DNA of 64,000 bases from a virus (taxonomy: Duplodnaviria; Caudoviricetes), in IMG/VR virus record IMGVR_UViG_3300014208_000023, positions 288,001-352,000 of that record, one strand, 5' to 3'. Shown here one piece after another: positions 55,206 through 64,000 of the stretch. A program made the position numbers and the translations under genes. The notes beneath the pieces were generated by a model. That model saw only the letters and a program-made list of their open reading frames with translations, had not been told where the DNA came from and made no database searches. Each line of letters begins with the position of its first letter. Position 1 is the stretch's first letter.

Positions 55206-55985
55206 CTAGTCGTTTTTTAAATTAAAGGACCTCCCAAAAGGTGGTTTGAAAGCGGCGTTTAAAGAAGTTAGTATCCATAAGAATTGGGTTTCACTATTTG
55301 GTGAGCCTTTTTTATTAAGCTCTTCTAAATCGAAGATAGCGCCGTCCGTAAGTATCACTACCATATCGACCGGGCCGTATTCTTTTTCATACGAATAGAT
55401 CGTCGGAGCGAGGGCCGTGCCTCCTCCGCCTGTATATTGGATTTTGAGTAATTCCCCAAGCTCAGCGCTTTCGATATGTGTAGCCGTCTCGTAATACGGA
55501 ACGGTATCAAAGCAAACGACGTGCCCCTCAATGCTCAATCCTAAAACCTGTAATTGAGATACTCCGTAAGTGGCATCTTCTTTAGAAACCGAACCACTTC
55601 TATCCACTAGAACTAATACTTTAAATACGTTAAGTTTTTTCTTTGGAAGATACTGTCCATAAAATAAAGCCCTTGATCTTGGAGATCCCCAATCATTTTT
55701 GCCAATACCTTCTTTTTTAGAGCCCAAAGTAATGGCCACGAAGTCTTCCCAGGTCATCTTGGGGGCAATTAAGATTCCCAATTCCTCTTGAAGGCCAGGA
55801 CTCATCTTTGCGCCCATTCTGCGGGCACCCTCTACTGCGCTTTGGAATCTTTGCGCTAGTTCTTCTTCTGTGATGTTGGCGTCCATATGAACGTCGGTAA
55901 GGCTTCCTACCCCAAAGACATCAATTATCTCAACATCATCTCCATCACACTTGCACTTTTTTTCCGGTTCCGTATTCTTTGGCAT
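55206..55985 (-). CDS. VWA-domain protein (DUF2201 C-terminal part)
   Basis: MIDAS VLVDRSGSV, GGGGT, VILTDG. Confidence 0.88.
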   Translation of the reverse strand: MPKNTEPEKKCKCDGDDVEIIDVFGVGSLTDVHMDANITEEELAQRFQSAVEGARRMGAKMSPGLQEELGILIAPKMTWEDFVAITLGSKKEGIGKNDWGSPRSRALFYGQYLPKKKLNVFKVLVLVDRSGSVSKEDATYGVSQLQVLGLSIEGHVVCFDTVPYYETATHIESAELGELLKIQYTGGGGTALAPTIYSYEKEYGPVDMVVILTDGAIFDLEELNKKGSPNSETQFLWILTSLNAAFKPPFGRSFNLKND

Positions 55986-56889
55986 TATGCTCTTGAATCT
56001 TCTTTAGTTTTCTTTTCATTTCCTGAACGTCTTCCGGCACCTTATAGCAAAAGAGTTTTCCGCACTCATCGCATCTTGGAACCTGACGCATTAAGTGATC
56101 ATATATCACTTCTGGTTGCGACATATCTTTGTGTAGATTCGGCTCGGCATAAAGAACGGTTGGCTCTACATAATTTGAATCAACATAGTCTGGAGCCAAC
56201 ATCCTCTGTATAGCTGACCGAGGCGAGAATGGCAGCATCTTTTCTGGTGGATTATATGGATCCCTAACGAATTGGGCATAATCTTCTAAAGTAACATAGT
56301 CGGCCAATTCCTTGAATAGAACTTCAGGCCGCTTAAATCCCCTCTGCCTCAAGTCATCAATCGTATTGAAATTGGCCTTAAAGTCAATTGATATATTCCA
56401 TAATGAAGGAATCCGATGCCCGCGTCTGTTTGGATGTAAGAGCGCTGCGTGCATTCCTTCATGTCCAACTAGGCACCTTACTCCTAGTTTGCTTTTTGCA
56501 GTAACAAATTGTGGTGCCCAATAAAAAACCTTACCATCAGTAGCGGCAGTCTCTACTATTTGAGGATATTTTTTCTTGTATTCTCTATATCTTATAATCG
56601 ATGCTAGGTCTTCTTCATTCAATGGAAGATTAAGGTCATCTTTCCTATCCGTCCTATCAAAAGCTTTTCTTAAAGGAATTAAGTCTATACCAGTAATATC
56701 ACAATAATGTGGCATTGGAGCCACTAGCTGCATTAATAATGGGTCTCCGCCGACTTTTGAGCCGAGCAGATTCATATTCCATCCAGTTGATAGTTCGGCA
56801 AAAACTTCCGAAAGATAACCTTGGCACCTATTGACTAGGTGCTCTTTTTCTTTTGAATCTATCTCTCCAATTATCTTGGTGAATTTCAC
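55945..56889 (-). CDS. Putative metallopeptidase (DUF2201 N-terminal part)
   Basis: TAATDG, GHEGMH (HExxH), WNISID, CDEC. Confidence 0.85.
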   Translation of the reverse strand: MKFTKIIGEIDSKEKEHLVNRCQGYLSEVFAELSTGWNMNLLGSKVGGDPLLMQLVAPMPHYCDITGIDLIPLRKAFDRTDRKDDLNLPLNEEDLASIIRYREYKKKYPQIVETAATDGKVFYWAPQFVTAKSKLGVRCLVGHEGMHAALLHPNRRGHRIPSLWNISIDFKANFNTIDDLRQRGFKRPEVLFKELADYVTLEDYAQFVRDPYNPPEKMLPFSPRSAIQRMLAPDYVDSNYVEPTVLYAEPNLHKDMSQPEVIYDHLMRQVPRCDECGKLFCYKVPEDVQEMKRKLKKIQEHNAKEYGTGKKVQV

Positions 56890-56950
56890 TTTTATTCCGC
56901 CGCAGCAAATATAATCATATAAATGATATGTGCAGTATAGACATACATCA

Positions 56951-58078
56951 TTAGATTGATGCGCCCTTCATTTGGTTGGCCAACTTCTCTATTAGTTTAT
57001 CGTATTCCTTAACCGCAAAGAGATGCTTGAACATTCTATCTTTACCAATTGCGTTCCTGATTCCTATCAACGCAAGCTCCTCGTCAATTTGAAGAAGGAA
57101 TTTGCCGACATTTCTAACTTGAACCGGAATCTCTTTCCTATTATTTGCAACCATCTCATCCAATAGATGAGCCACTCTTGTGCATAAGATGATTACCATC
57201 GTAATCTTCTTGCTTGGCGTAATTCCTTTGGAGAAGGGAGTTTTGGTTTTCAACCCATTAAGTATGTTTGCTATATCCGGCATTAGAACTTGATAATGCT
57301 CAAAATATGCCTGATATCTTATACCGGCCACCTTGCCTAAACAACCAGTTATTTTGGTTGTAATTAGCTCTGGTGACCACCCGTTAGCTTCTCCGTATTT
57401 GGCTAGTTTGGAGGCCTCTTCCCACATTCTAGGAGATGGTGTTCCAAAGCTTTCAGCGGGATTAATCTCTCCATATAAGTCAGATGGAACATCTGTCAAA
57501 TATGCGATAACGGATGGATGTAGCTCTCCATCACCCAATCCCCATTCTATGAAGTCCTTTATGGTCGGTTCAAGAAGATACTTTTCGGTTCTATCGAGAA
57601 GAGGCAGTATTGGACGCCGGCCTCCTTCGGCCGGCAGGTTTCCTGTCATCAATATTGATCGTAAGTTTTTAAACTTACGACCATTAATGCTGTGGCTGCG
57701 AAGAAACTCTAGTAGAGGAGCGTGAAGCTCTTTATCGGCCTTATCTACTTCGTCCAAGATGGCCACTACTGGCTCATCACCTTCTAATAGTGGTTTAAAA
57801 ATTAGCGGAAGTATGTATCTTACATACTCATCTTTTCTTGAGAAAGAAGAAATATCTGGAAATCCGGCAGCATCAACTCTCTCTAAAGTAGAGACGTTCC
57901 AAAAAAATGTCTTGCAACCACTTCTCTTAATTACTTGATCAAGTATTTCTGTTTTTCCGCATCCACGTCTGCCTACGACAAAACAATTTCCACCATATTG
58001 AATGGTGGCTTCAACTATTTTAGCATACTCTTTGGTGGAGATTGTCTTTAGATTAAAGTCAGAATGCGGTCTCTGCAT
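56951..58078 (-). CDS. MoxR-like AAA+ ATPase
   Basis: GRRGCGKT, LDEVDKA, MTGN, LLDR, PSPRMW; start after AAGGA SD. Confidence 0.88.
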   Translation of the reverse strand: MQRPHSDFNLKTISTKEYAKIVEATIQYGGNCFVVGRRGCGKTEILDQVIKRSGCKTFFWNVSTLERVDAAGFPDISSFSRKDEYVRYILPLIFKPLLEGDEPVVAILDEVDKADKELHAPLLEFLRSHSINGRKFKNLRSILMTGNLPAEGGRRPILPLLDRTEKYLLEPTIKDFIEWGLGDGELHPSVIAYLTDVPSDLYGEINPAESFGTPSPRMWEEASKLAKYGEANGWSPELITTKITGCLGKVAGIRYQAYFEHYQVLMPDIANILNGLKTKTPFSKGITPSKKITMVIILCTRVAHLLDEMVANNRKEIPVQVRNVGKFLLQIDEELALIGIRNAIGKDRMFKHLFAVKEYDKLIEKLANQMKGASI

Positions 58079-58158
58079 CAACGTCCTTACCCTATAATAT
58101 AACCACGCACGCGCATGTGTCAAGGGCAATCGTGAAGATAAAAACGGATTATTGGTTT

Positions 58159-58620
58159 TTAGTTATGGCGATTCGGTTTAGTAGTCATGGCCGCTCGTAG
58201 GTAATTCTCCATTTCGTGGAGATTATCAAATATATTGGTTTTATAAGCCAATACCATCTCCGGTAAATTACTATGTTTATGGAATAGCTGATCAAACCCA
58301 GGCACCCATCTAACAAGATCGCCAAGCAAATCTCCAGAAGATTTAATCTGCTGTTTAGTTAGAACCGATGGCCTCATCAATTTTGGATCAATAAGCTTTT
58401 TGGCTTTTTCATCAAAAACCCGCTCGTCGAAAACTGAAAGCCAAATATTGAATAATTTCAGAAATGAAAAATTCAATAAGACGCCAGGCATACTACAATT
58501 CACTTTTCTATCAATGGATAGTTTAAAAAGCGAATCAGTAATTGGCATAAAAGTAACATCTAAAGCCACCCACTTAAATAGTGTGAAGATAATTTTGGTT
58601 GTGAAATGGTAATTTTTCAT
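58159..58620 (-). CDS. Hypothetical protein
   Basis: 153-aa ORF. Confidence 0.55.
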   Translation of the reverse strand: MKNYHFTTKIIFTLFKWVALDVTFMPITDSLFKLSIDRKVNCSMPGVLLNFSFLKLFNIWLSVFDERVFDEKAKKLIDPKLMRPSVLTKQQIKSSGDLLGDLVRWVPGFDQLFHKHSNLPEMVLAYKTNIFDNLHEMENYLRAAMTTKPNRHN

Positions 58621-58814
58621 TAGACGCCATCTATCTTTCTCATTGCATCAAAAAGAACTACTGCCACTTTTCTATAATTATCCTCTGACTTCTTATCTCC
58701 AGATAAGTTGGCAAAATCTGCTTCTCCATCAAAGTTTTCTATAAGAGCCGAAACTATAGATAGTAAGCCATGCTCTTTTACTAGAGAGCTAATTTGCTGA
58801 TTTAATTTTTCCAT
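58620..58814 (-). CDS. Hypothetical protein
   Basis: 64-aa ORF. Confidence 0.5.
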   Translation of the reverse strand: MEKLNQQISSLVKEHGLLSIVSALIENFDGEADFANLSGDKKSEDNYRKVAVVLFDAMRKIDGV

Positions 58815-58818
58815 GTGT

Positions 58819-59019
58819 TTAATAAAACGTGTAGCCAGTTATTATGCCTTGTGAAATAGAAAGGTTTATTCGTAGCGGCACGAACGTATCTCCCAATTCA
58901 TTAGTGACACTATCAGTTTTGCAGATCCTGGGAATAAATCCTCGGCTCTTGATAATTGGCATGGCGTGCATTAGTTTTATTCCCAGCAATACTGGGAATG
59001 TTCTGTGAATATCATGCAT
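58819..59019 (-). CDS. Small protein, weak I78/potato inhibitor I-like pattern
   Basis: DTFVPLRINLSISQGII. Confidence 0.35.
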   Translation of the reverse strand: MHDIHRTFPVLLGIKLMHAMPIIKSRGFIPRICKTDSVTNELGDTFVPLRINLSISQGIITGYTFY

Positions 59020-59872
59020 TTGGCTGGATCTCCTTAAATAATGATTTGGCCTTTTGTGGCTTCGCCTTATTTACCATTGCCTGAAACTTCGCAATTATGG
59101 TGCTTCTTTCGTTCAGAGAATCTTTGAATGGCTCCGTCAATATGATTAGCTCTTTCAACGAGATAATATCCATTTTGTCTATGATGATAAATTTCAATAT
59201 GACGTTGAGAGTATCTTTATCGAGATCCTTCTTATTCACATATTCTCTAATGTGATCTACGGCGCTTCCAGTTTTACCCTGTTTAACAAGGGCATATAGG
59301 GTATCGCAAAATAGCTCGCGCTCTTTGTATGATGTCCCATAAGCATTATTCAGTGTTCCAGCCCAGTTATTGTTAGACGATGAAGACGTGTATGGATAAT
59401 TCGGATTTGTTGATCTATGATAGCCCTGAGTATCATACGCTCTTTGCGGTGGCGGCTGAACCGGAGGAAGAAGTTTCTGAAAATCTCCCTTATACATTGT
59501 TACCAATTTAGACATTGGCGCAATTTCATTGGTCAATTCTGAAATGTTGTCTTCAATATATCTGAGGATATCGTCCTCAACTGCGGCCATCAATATCTCG
59601 CCGTCCTTTTCTCCAACTAAGGAGAAGTTTTTCGGAGAAATATCGTAGGCATAATATCTAACGCACTTGCTATTGTTTAGATCGACAAAAAGATATGACT
59701 TCTCTTTTTCTCCCAAAGCTTTAAGCGGGGGAGGCATTGTTGTCATTCTGGTAAGATCGATAATCATCGTCTTTTCATTTTCAGAAAGATAGAAATGCGT
59801 GCAGTTAAGGTTGGGTTTTGCATTAATTAGTTTGGCCCACTTAACAATACGATCGAACGATTCGGTGATCAT
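59012..59872 (-). CDS. Hypothetical protein
   Basis: 286-aa ORF with Pro/Ser/Asn-rich linker. Confidence 0.65.
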   Translation of the reverse strand: MITESFDRIVKWAKLINAKPNLNCTHFYLSENEKTMIIDLTRMTTMPPPLKALGEKEKSYLFVDLNNSKCVRYYAYDISPKNFSLVGEKDGEILMAAVEDDILRYIEDNISELTNEIAPMSKLVTMYKGDFQKLLPPVQPPPQRAYDTQGYHRSTNPNYPYTSSSSNNNWAGTLNNAYGTSYKERELFCDTLYALVKQGKTGSAVDHIREYVNKKDLDKDTLNVILKFIIIDKMDIISLKELIILTEPFKDSLNERSTIIAKFQAMVNKAKPQKAKSLFKEIQPNA

Positions 59873-59885
59873 TTATATTAACTTT

Positions 59886-60626
59886 CTACTGTTCTTGATC
59901 CGTAGCACGAGTCTTTTTTAATACCTTGTAAATGCAAGGTATTGATACTTTGTATTTTTCTGCCAAGTCCGTTACTTTAACGCCATTACCGTAATCTTTT
60001 TTTATCTCTACAACGTCATCTTTAGATAACTTAATTCTTTTAAGAACCCACTCCTGCTTATACTCCCTTGCCTGAGCTTTTTCTTTCATTAAAGCTATGG
60101 TCTCTTCGGAGTGTTTCTTGCCGTAGAAGGGATTGTTTTCGCCTCTATTAAAAGCTTTCTTCTTATTGGCGGCAGAAATCTTGGCCTTAGTCTCTTCGGT
60201 GTGATGCTGCCCATAAAATGGATTATCTGCACCAGAGTATTTGCCTTTGTTTAAATCTGATAACTTTTCTTTTGTCTCGGCCGAGTGAGTTCTACCATTA
60301 AATCCCCGTCCTCCAGCCGTTTTATTATATCCACCGTCGCCAAAAGTATTGTAAAACTTAATCCAATACTGTTCGCGTTTGAATCCAAATCTCTTTGGGC
60401 ACTCTTCTAAAACTTCAAAAGTGAAGCTTCCAACTCCAAAATCTAAAATGGCTTGGTGTAGGTCTCTAAAGCTACCATTAGTCATATATAGCGTTTTATT
60501 TTTTGAAATTAGAATATGTTTTTTCCATCTTCTAATTGGTTTGGCGTAGCTTGTCACGCCAATATATGACTTATTGTTCTTTATATTTGTTATCTTATAT
60601 ATAAAAGATGTAGATGATTTCCTCAT
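59886..60626 (-). CDS. GIY-YIG homing endonuclease with NUMOD3 repeats and HTH
   Basis: FIYKITN...SYIGVT, REQYWI, GYNKT, three HSxETK repeats. Confidence 0.9.
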   Translation of the reverse strand: MRKSSTSFIYKITNIKNNKSYIGVTSYAKPIRRWKKHILISKNKTLYMTNGSFRDLHQAILDFGVGSFTFEVLEECPKRFGFKREQYWIKFYNTFGDGGYNKTAGGRGFNGRTHSAETKEKLSDLNKGKYSGADNPFYGQHHTEETKAKISAANKKKAFNRGENNPFYGKKHSEETIALMKEKAQAREYKQEWVLKRIKLSKDDVVEIKKDYGNGVKVTDLAEKYKVSIPCIYKVLKKTRATDQEQ

Positions 60627-60764
60627 TCTAGAATGAGGTTTTATTACCTAATTTGAACTTTAAGTATAATTAGAGCTATCAGATAACTATCTGGCGTATT
60701 TACGCCAGTTATATGGCCAATATCATAGACCGATATAACTAGCCCAAATCTCTGGCCGCCAAGC

Positions 60765-61580
60765 TCAACCCTGGCGGGAGGCCTCTTGCTCTTCTTCGGC
60801 AGCTTTCTTGTCTTCAGCTTCCTGCTCAGCAATCATATATTTGAATGCTGGGGCTGACCAAATTAGCTCATCTTGAACCGATCTGCTTCCAAGCCAGGAA
60901 GTAGGAATTCTTTCCGACCTAATCTTTGGCTCTTTGCCATTAAGATCAATATCTACATAGAAGCTAGATGCGTTTGCTTCAGAGCAGATTCCCCTGAAAA
61001 GCTTTCCATCAACGAAGTGGAGCGCGGCGTCGTCCGAGATGGCGTAACCAGGCTTTATGCGCTTCTCAAGGATAGCGGTTTTATAGGCGGCTCTGCGCTC
61101 GTCTGAACGATAGTGCGGACAATTGCTGTATGGTAGGAATCCTAGTGCCGGCATTGGGGCCAGCTTACCAGCAAAGCTATCAGTAATGCATTCGTCAAAC
61201 CAGCAAACTGACCCGGCGCTTCCGCCGGCCATGATCGTGCCGTTATCATAAGCCTCCATTAGATATTCATGGACGCCCCACTCTTTCCAAACGCCCATCA
61301 TAGATTTTGACTGACCACCAGCAACTAGAATAATGTCCTGATTAAGGATAAACTCCCTAATGTTTTTCTCTTTGTTGCGGAACAATGGAAGATAATCCAG
61401 CTCGCAATGATGGCGGCGCATTATTCCATAGAATGTCCTTATTAGGTCTTCGTTATCTCCGCTTGCCGTTGGAAGAAGGCATACTTTTGGCTTCTCACTG
61501 CTAGACTGTGCCAGCATATAATAGTGAAATGGAATATCAGTTACCGCATCACCGCCAGCCGCAATTATTTGTTTAGTCAT
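60765..61580 (-). CDS. pepE: Peptidase E (S51 family)
   Basis: PTASGD, VAGGQS, GGSAGS, LGFLP, CPHY, DD.ALH. Confidence 0.88.
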   Translation of the reverse strand: MTKQIIAAGGDAVTDIPFHYYMLAQSSSEKPKVCLLPTASGDNEDLIRTFYGIMRRHHCELDYLPLFRNKEKNIREFILNQDIILVAGGQSKSMMGVWKEWGVHEYLMEAYDNGTIMAGGSAGSVCWFDECITDSFAGKLAPMPALGFLPYSNCPHYRSDERRAAYKTAILEKRIKPGYAISDDAALHFVDGKLFRGICSEANASSFYVDIDLNGKEPKIRSERIPTSWLGSRSVQDELIWSAPAFKYMIAEQEAEDKKAAEEEQEASRQG

Positions 61581-61593
61581 TTTTATGATTACT

Positions 61594-61989
61594 TTATAGT
61601 AGGTGATTGAAATTGAATGAAAGATTTTGATGTTCAGCCAGCATTTTAAGATGTTTTGGCCAGTTAGCTGGCATAGAACGATCGTGAATTATCTGAAGTT
61701 CTTCTAGGAGCTTCAGGTGATCGCCATATTTCTTGTAAAGAGATTTGGTATTAGAAATAACATATCTTGCAGCTTTTGATTCAAAAAATGGATGATATTC
61801 TTCATCGGATATAAGACATCCTACCGCACATTTTAAATTGTCGCGGCCCCTATATGAACATATTTCATCGTCTGAATCGTTCGTGCTCGCCGGGCCTAAT
61901 GACTGTTTGTTTTGTGTAAGCAAGTGGTTACATACAAAATCAAAAACTTCTTGAGCAGAAGAAAAATCTAAATCTTTTAAAGTTATCAT
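61594..61989 (-). CDS. Phage-type hypothetical protein
   Basis: QEVFD...HLLTQ...CSYRG...KCAVGCLI. Confidence 0.6.
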   Translation of the reverse strand: MITLKDLDFSSAQEVFDFVCNHLLTQNKQSLGPASTNDSDDEICSYRGRDNLKCAVGCLISDEEYHPFFESKAARYVISNTKSLYKKYGDHLKLLEELQIIHDRSMPANWPKHLKMLAEHQNLSFNFNHLL

Positions 61990-61998
61990 TGCTTCTTT

Positions 61999-63435
61999 CT
62001 AACATTTACTTACCAAGTATAATTCATCCTTGGCACGAGTCACTGCCACATATTCTGCGTTTAGCTCTTCTTTGTTTTGGCCAAACGTCAGGGTGTATGC
62101 AAGGAAGAATACACGTTTTGCTTCTAAACCCTTAGCGCCATGAATAGTGTAAAGAGATACTATATTGTCAGTGGTCTTATTCTCAAAGAGAGACTTTATT
62201 GTATCAGTCAATTCATCTACCGTCTGAAGGCCTTCAGCCAAAACATTTAAGCACTCAATCTTATCTGCAAGTGTGCGTGTGCTTCTGTTTTTCGCCTTTA
62301 GTCTGGCGGCCTCTTGCGTTCCCCAAGCATCCAGCCAAACCAAAAATGACTTAATAGTTTTCTTTTTAGACTGCTTTATTACGCCATTCAGTATTGGGCC
62401 GAGATCCTTGCCTTTTAGGATGGCCGGAATCTTTTTCCGCCATAAACTAAAGCATATACTAATCAGTGGAGCATTGGTTCTAGATACTACGAAGTCTCCT
62501 GGCTGAATCATATCAGGCAGTTTGCTTTCTGTAATCTGAATTATCTTACCATCTTTGGCGTTCGGAGCATACTTGATATCCGGCACCATCTTCTGGGCTC
62601 TGAATACTATGTTCTTTCCGCAACGGTAGGAGATAGGAAGGTAAAGAATCTTAGCTTTTAGCCGTTCTTGAAGATTACTAATGGCATCAAGGTCGGCACC
62701 CCTAAACTTATAGAGAACCTGAAAATTATCTCCGAATGATATAATTCTACCATCCTTCTTGCAAGCGGTAAGTCCAAGATAAATCTGTGCTGGATTTAAG
62801 TCCTGCACCTCGTCAATCAAAACGCGGTCATACTTTTCTACCGGAAGATTAAGAACGAAAGGAAAATAGATCATATCATCATAATCTATAGTGTCTTTCT
62901 TTTTCTTACATTCTCCAAGAGCAATAATGACTGTTTGAATAAAATCTTCACGAGAAAGAGAGCCTTGGCTAATATCGAACTCATCCATAAGTTCATCGAT
63001 TTTGGCTGGCGTATCTATTATAAGACCTTTGCAAAGAGAGACGCATTTCTTCATCTCGAAGATTGTCTCGTAATCATCTTTGTCTTTAGGGCTGGCTTTA
63101 AGAGGCTCAAGTAATTTCTTGATTATCTTAAATGCCTTCTCAGTGTCAAGTTTTACCTTGCCGAGTGACTGCCTAATCAGTCTATATCCAAACGAATGGA
63201 GCGTGCAAATCTCTAGATTTGCATAGCTAGGTGCTCTCTCTTGTAGCTCTACTGCAATCTTTTTATTAAAAGCTACTACAAGTATTTTTTTATCTGGAGA
63301 AATATACTTTAGGGCTTCTAGTAGGGTGGATGTTTTACCACTGCCAGCTCTAGCTTCCACGATAGTATGCCCAAGACCTTCGCGAACGTCTTTGAAAATT
63401 GCTTTTTGATATTCTGAATAAACTAGATGGGACAA
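61999..63435 (-). CDS. UvrD/Rep-like superfamily 1 helicase
   Basis: ARAGSGKT, IDEVQD, YKFRGA, SYRC, RTNA, TIHGAKGLE, YVAVTRAK. Confidence 0.93.
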   Translation of the reverse strand: MSHLVYSEYQKAIFKDVREGLGHTIVEARAGSGKTSTLLEALKYISPDKKILVVAFNKKIAVELQERAPSYANLEICTLHSFGYRLIRQSLGKVKLDTEKAFKIIKKLLEPLKASPKDKDDYETIFEMKKCVSLCKGLIIDTPAKIDELMDEFDISQGSLSREDFIQTVIIALGECKKKKDTIDYDDMIYFPFVLNLPVEKYDRVLIDEVQDLNPAQIYLGLTACKKDGRIISFGDNFQVLYKFRGADLDAISNLQERLKAKILYLPISYRCGKNIVFRAQKMVPDIKYAPNAKDGKIIQITESKLPDMIQPGDFVVSRTNAPLISICFSLWRKKIPAILKGKDLGPILNGVIKQSKKKTIKSFLVWLDAWGTQEAARLKAKNRSTRTLADKIECLNVLAEGLQTVDELTDTIKSLFENKTTDNIVSLYTIHGAKGLEAKRVFFLAYTLTFGQNKEELNAEYVAVTRAKDELYLVSKC

Positions 63436-63510
63436 ACTTTCCTTATTGAAAGCATAATAAAAGGCATACTAAAGTCTTTGCTTGAATATGCCTTTTAATT
63501 AGGCCGAATT

Positions 63511-63579
63511 TCAGCGATGAGAACGAATTACTTTGTAGATAACAACCGCTGCTACAACTGCAATAACTAGATTAATCAT
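63511..63579 (-). CDS. Possible 22-aa membrane peptide
   Basis: AAGGAAA SD then MINLVIAVVAAVVIYKVIRSHR. Confidence 0.4.
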   Translation of the reverse strand: MINLVIAVVAAVVIYKVIRSHR

Positions 63580-63607
63580 TGGATTTCCTTTCTTTAGGTT
63601 GGAGATT

Positions 63608-63736
63608 TCAGGCGGGCTTGGTGGTGCCAAACACTCGATCAAATGCCTGGCCAACAAGGCGATTAGTCACCTTGCTAACGTAAAGGCTAACGGCGAACTG
63701 TGTGGCGAACTTTGCAATATACTTAAATGACGACAT
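63608..63736 (-). CDS. Possible 42-aa protein
   Basis: MSSFKYIAKFATQFAVSLYVSK...TKPA with AGAGGA upstream. Confidence 0.35.
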   Translation of the reverse strand: MSSFKYIAKFATQFAVSLYVSKVTNRLVGQAFDRVFGTTKPA

Positions 63737-63986
63737 ATTCTTTTTCCTCTCTTAATGTATTATAGTCTTCATGCCAATCGCCTCGGAGAATTGCTGTTTT
63801 TGCCAGCTTTAATTCAGAGACTAGGGTGGAGTTTTCTAATACTTGGTTTATTCTTCTATCTAGAAGACTAGTTATTGCTAAAGCAGCGACTTCAGCAATA
63901 TCAACTTCACAATGAGCGCAGATTGGTTTGGAACACTTATTTCTTCTGGAGAAGAAATTGCTGATGCCCTTAATTGACCGGAACAT
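63723..63986 (-). CDS. Hypothetical protein
   Basis: 87-aa ORF with CAHC. Confidence 0.5.
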   Translation of the reverse strand: MFRSIKGISNFFSRRNKCSKPICAHCEVDIAEVAALAITSLLDRRINQVLENSTLVSELKLAKTAILRGDWHEDYNTLREEKEYVVI

Positions 63987-64000
63987 AATGCGTTATGGCA

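Noticed and set aside
60644-60832. 62-aa minus-strand ORF between pepE and the GIY-YIG gene
   Set aside because: Overlaps the pepE 3' end by about 68 nt, with no SD or motif; likely spurious.
273-61106. Many short plus-strand ORFs in the track (e.g. 273-500, 3994-4386, 11818-12210, 49939-50451) and minus-strand ORFs within 22505-25249
   Set aside because: They lie fully antisense to well-supported genes and have no motifs; treated as shadow ORFs.
1-64000. Stop-codon reassignment as in some jumbo phages
   Set aside because: Known genes are full length under code 11 and TAA, TAG and TGA all end real genes; the two broken genes need frameshifts, not readthrough.
1-64000. tRNA genes, rRNA or CRISPR array
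   Set aside because: Intergenic gaps are mostly under 140 bp and no cloverleaf or spaced direct repeats were seen by eye; tRNAscan or a CRISPR finder would be definitive.
1-64000. Eukaryotic giant virus (NCLDV) origin suggested by SET, UDG and sugar genes
   Set aside because: SD motifs, operonic start-stop overlaps, GroES, IscA and an intrinsic terminator favour a bacteriophage; no NCLDV core gene is visible.

Overview
AT-rich (about one-third GC), gene-dense window with most genes on the minus strand, frequent ATGA/TAATG start-stop overlaps and Shine-Dalgarno-like motifs. It reads as part of a large (jumbo-type) bacteriophage genome; this is inferred from the many small orphan ORFs, free-standing homing endonucleases, VapE-like and UvrD-like helicases and GroES, since no capsid or terminase gene lies in the window. 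Main elements: (i) a ~15.6 kb, 17-gene glycan biosynthesis island (6.8-22.5 kb) with Gmd, Fcl, a ColD-type 3-dehydratase, an Fcl paralogue lacking its epimerase residues, a sugar C-methyltransferase, several methyltransferases and glycosyltransferases, a GT11 fucosyltransferase and a methyltransferase-GT2-GT6 fusion, next to a divergently transcribed tailspike-like gene; (ii) a Thg1-like protein with a degenerate active site; (iii) two internal paralogue families, namely two large proteins sharing a 100-aa C-terminal domain and six proteins sharing a C-terminal LxLTxxQKxIL motif; (iv) accessory genes including SET domain, tandem AAA ATPases, macrodomain, divergent PurA, RlaP-like nucleotidyltransferase, a secreted protease pair, an EF-Tu domain III-like protein, a kinase-like protein and a MoxR/metallopeptidase/VWA module. 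No tRNA, rRNA or CRISPR array was seen. All family assignments come from motif recognition by eye, not database searches.
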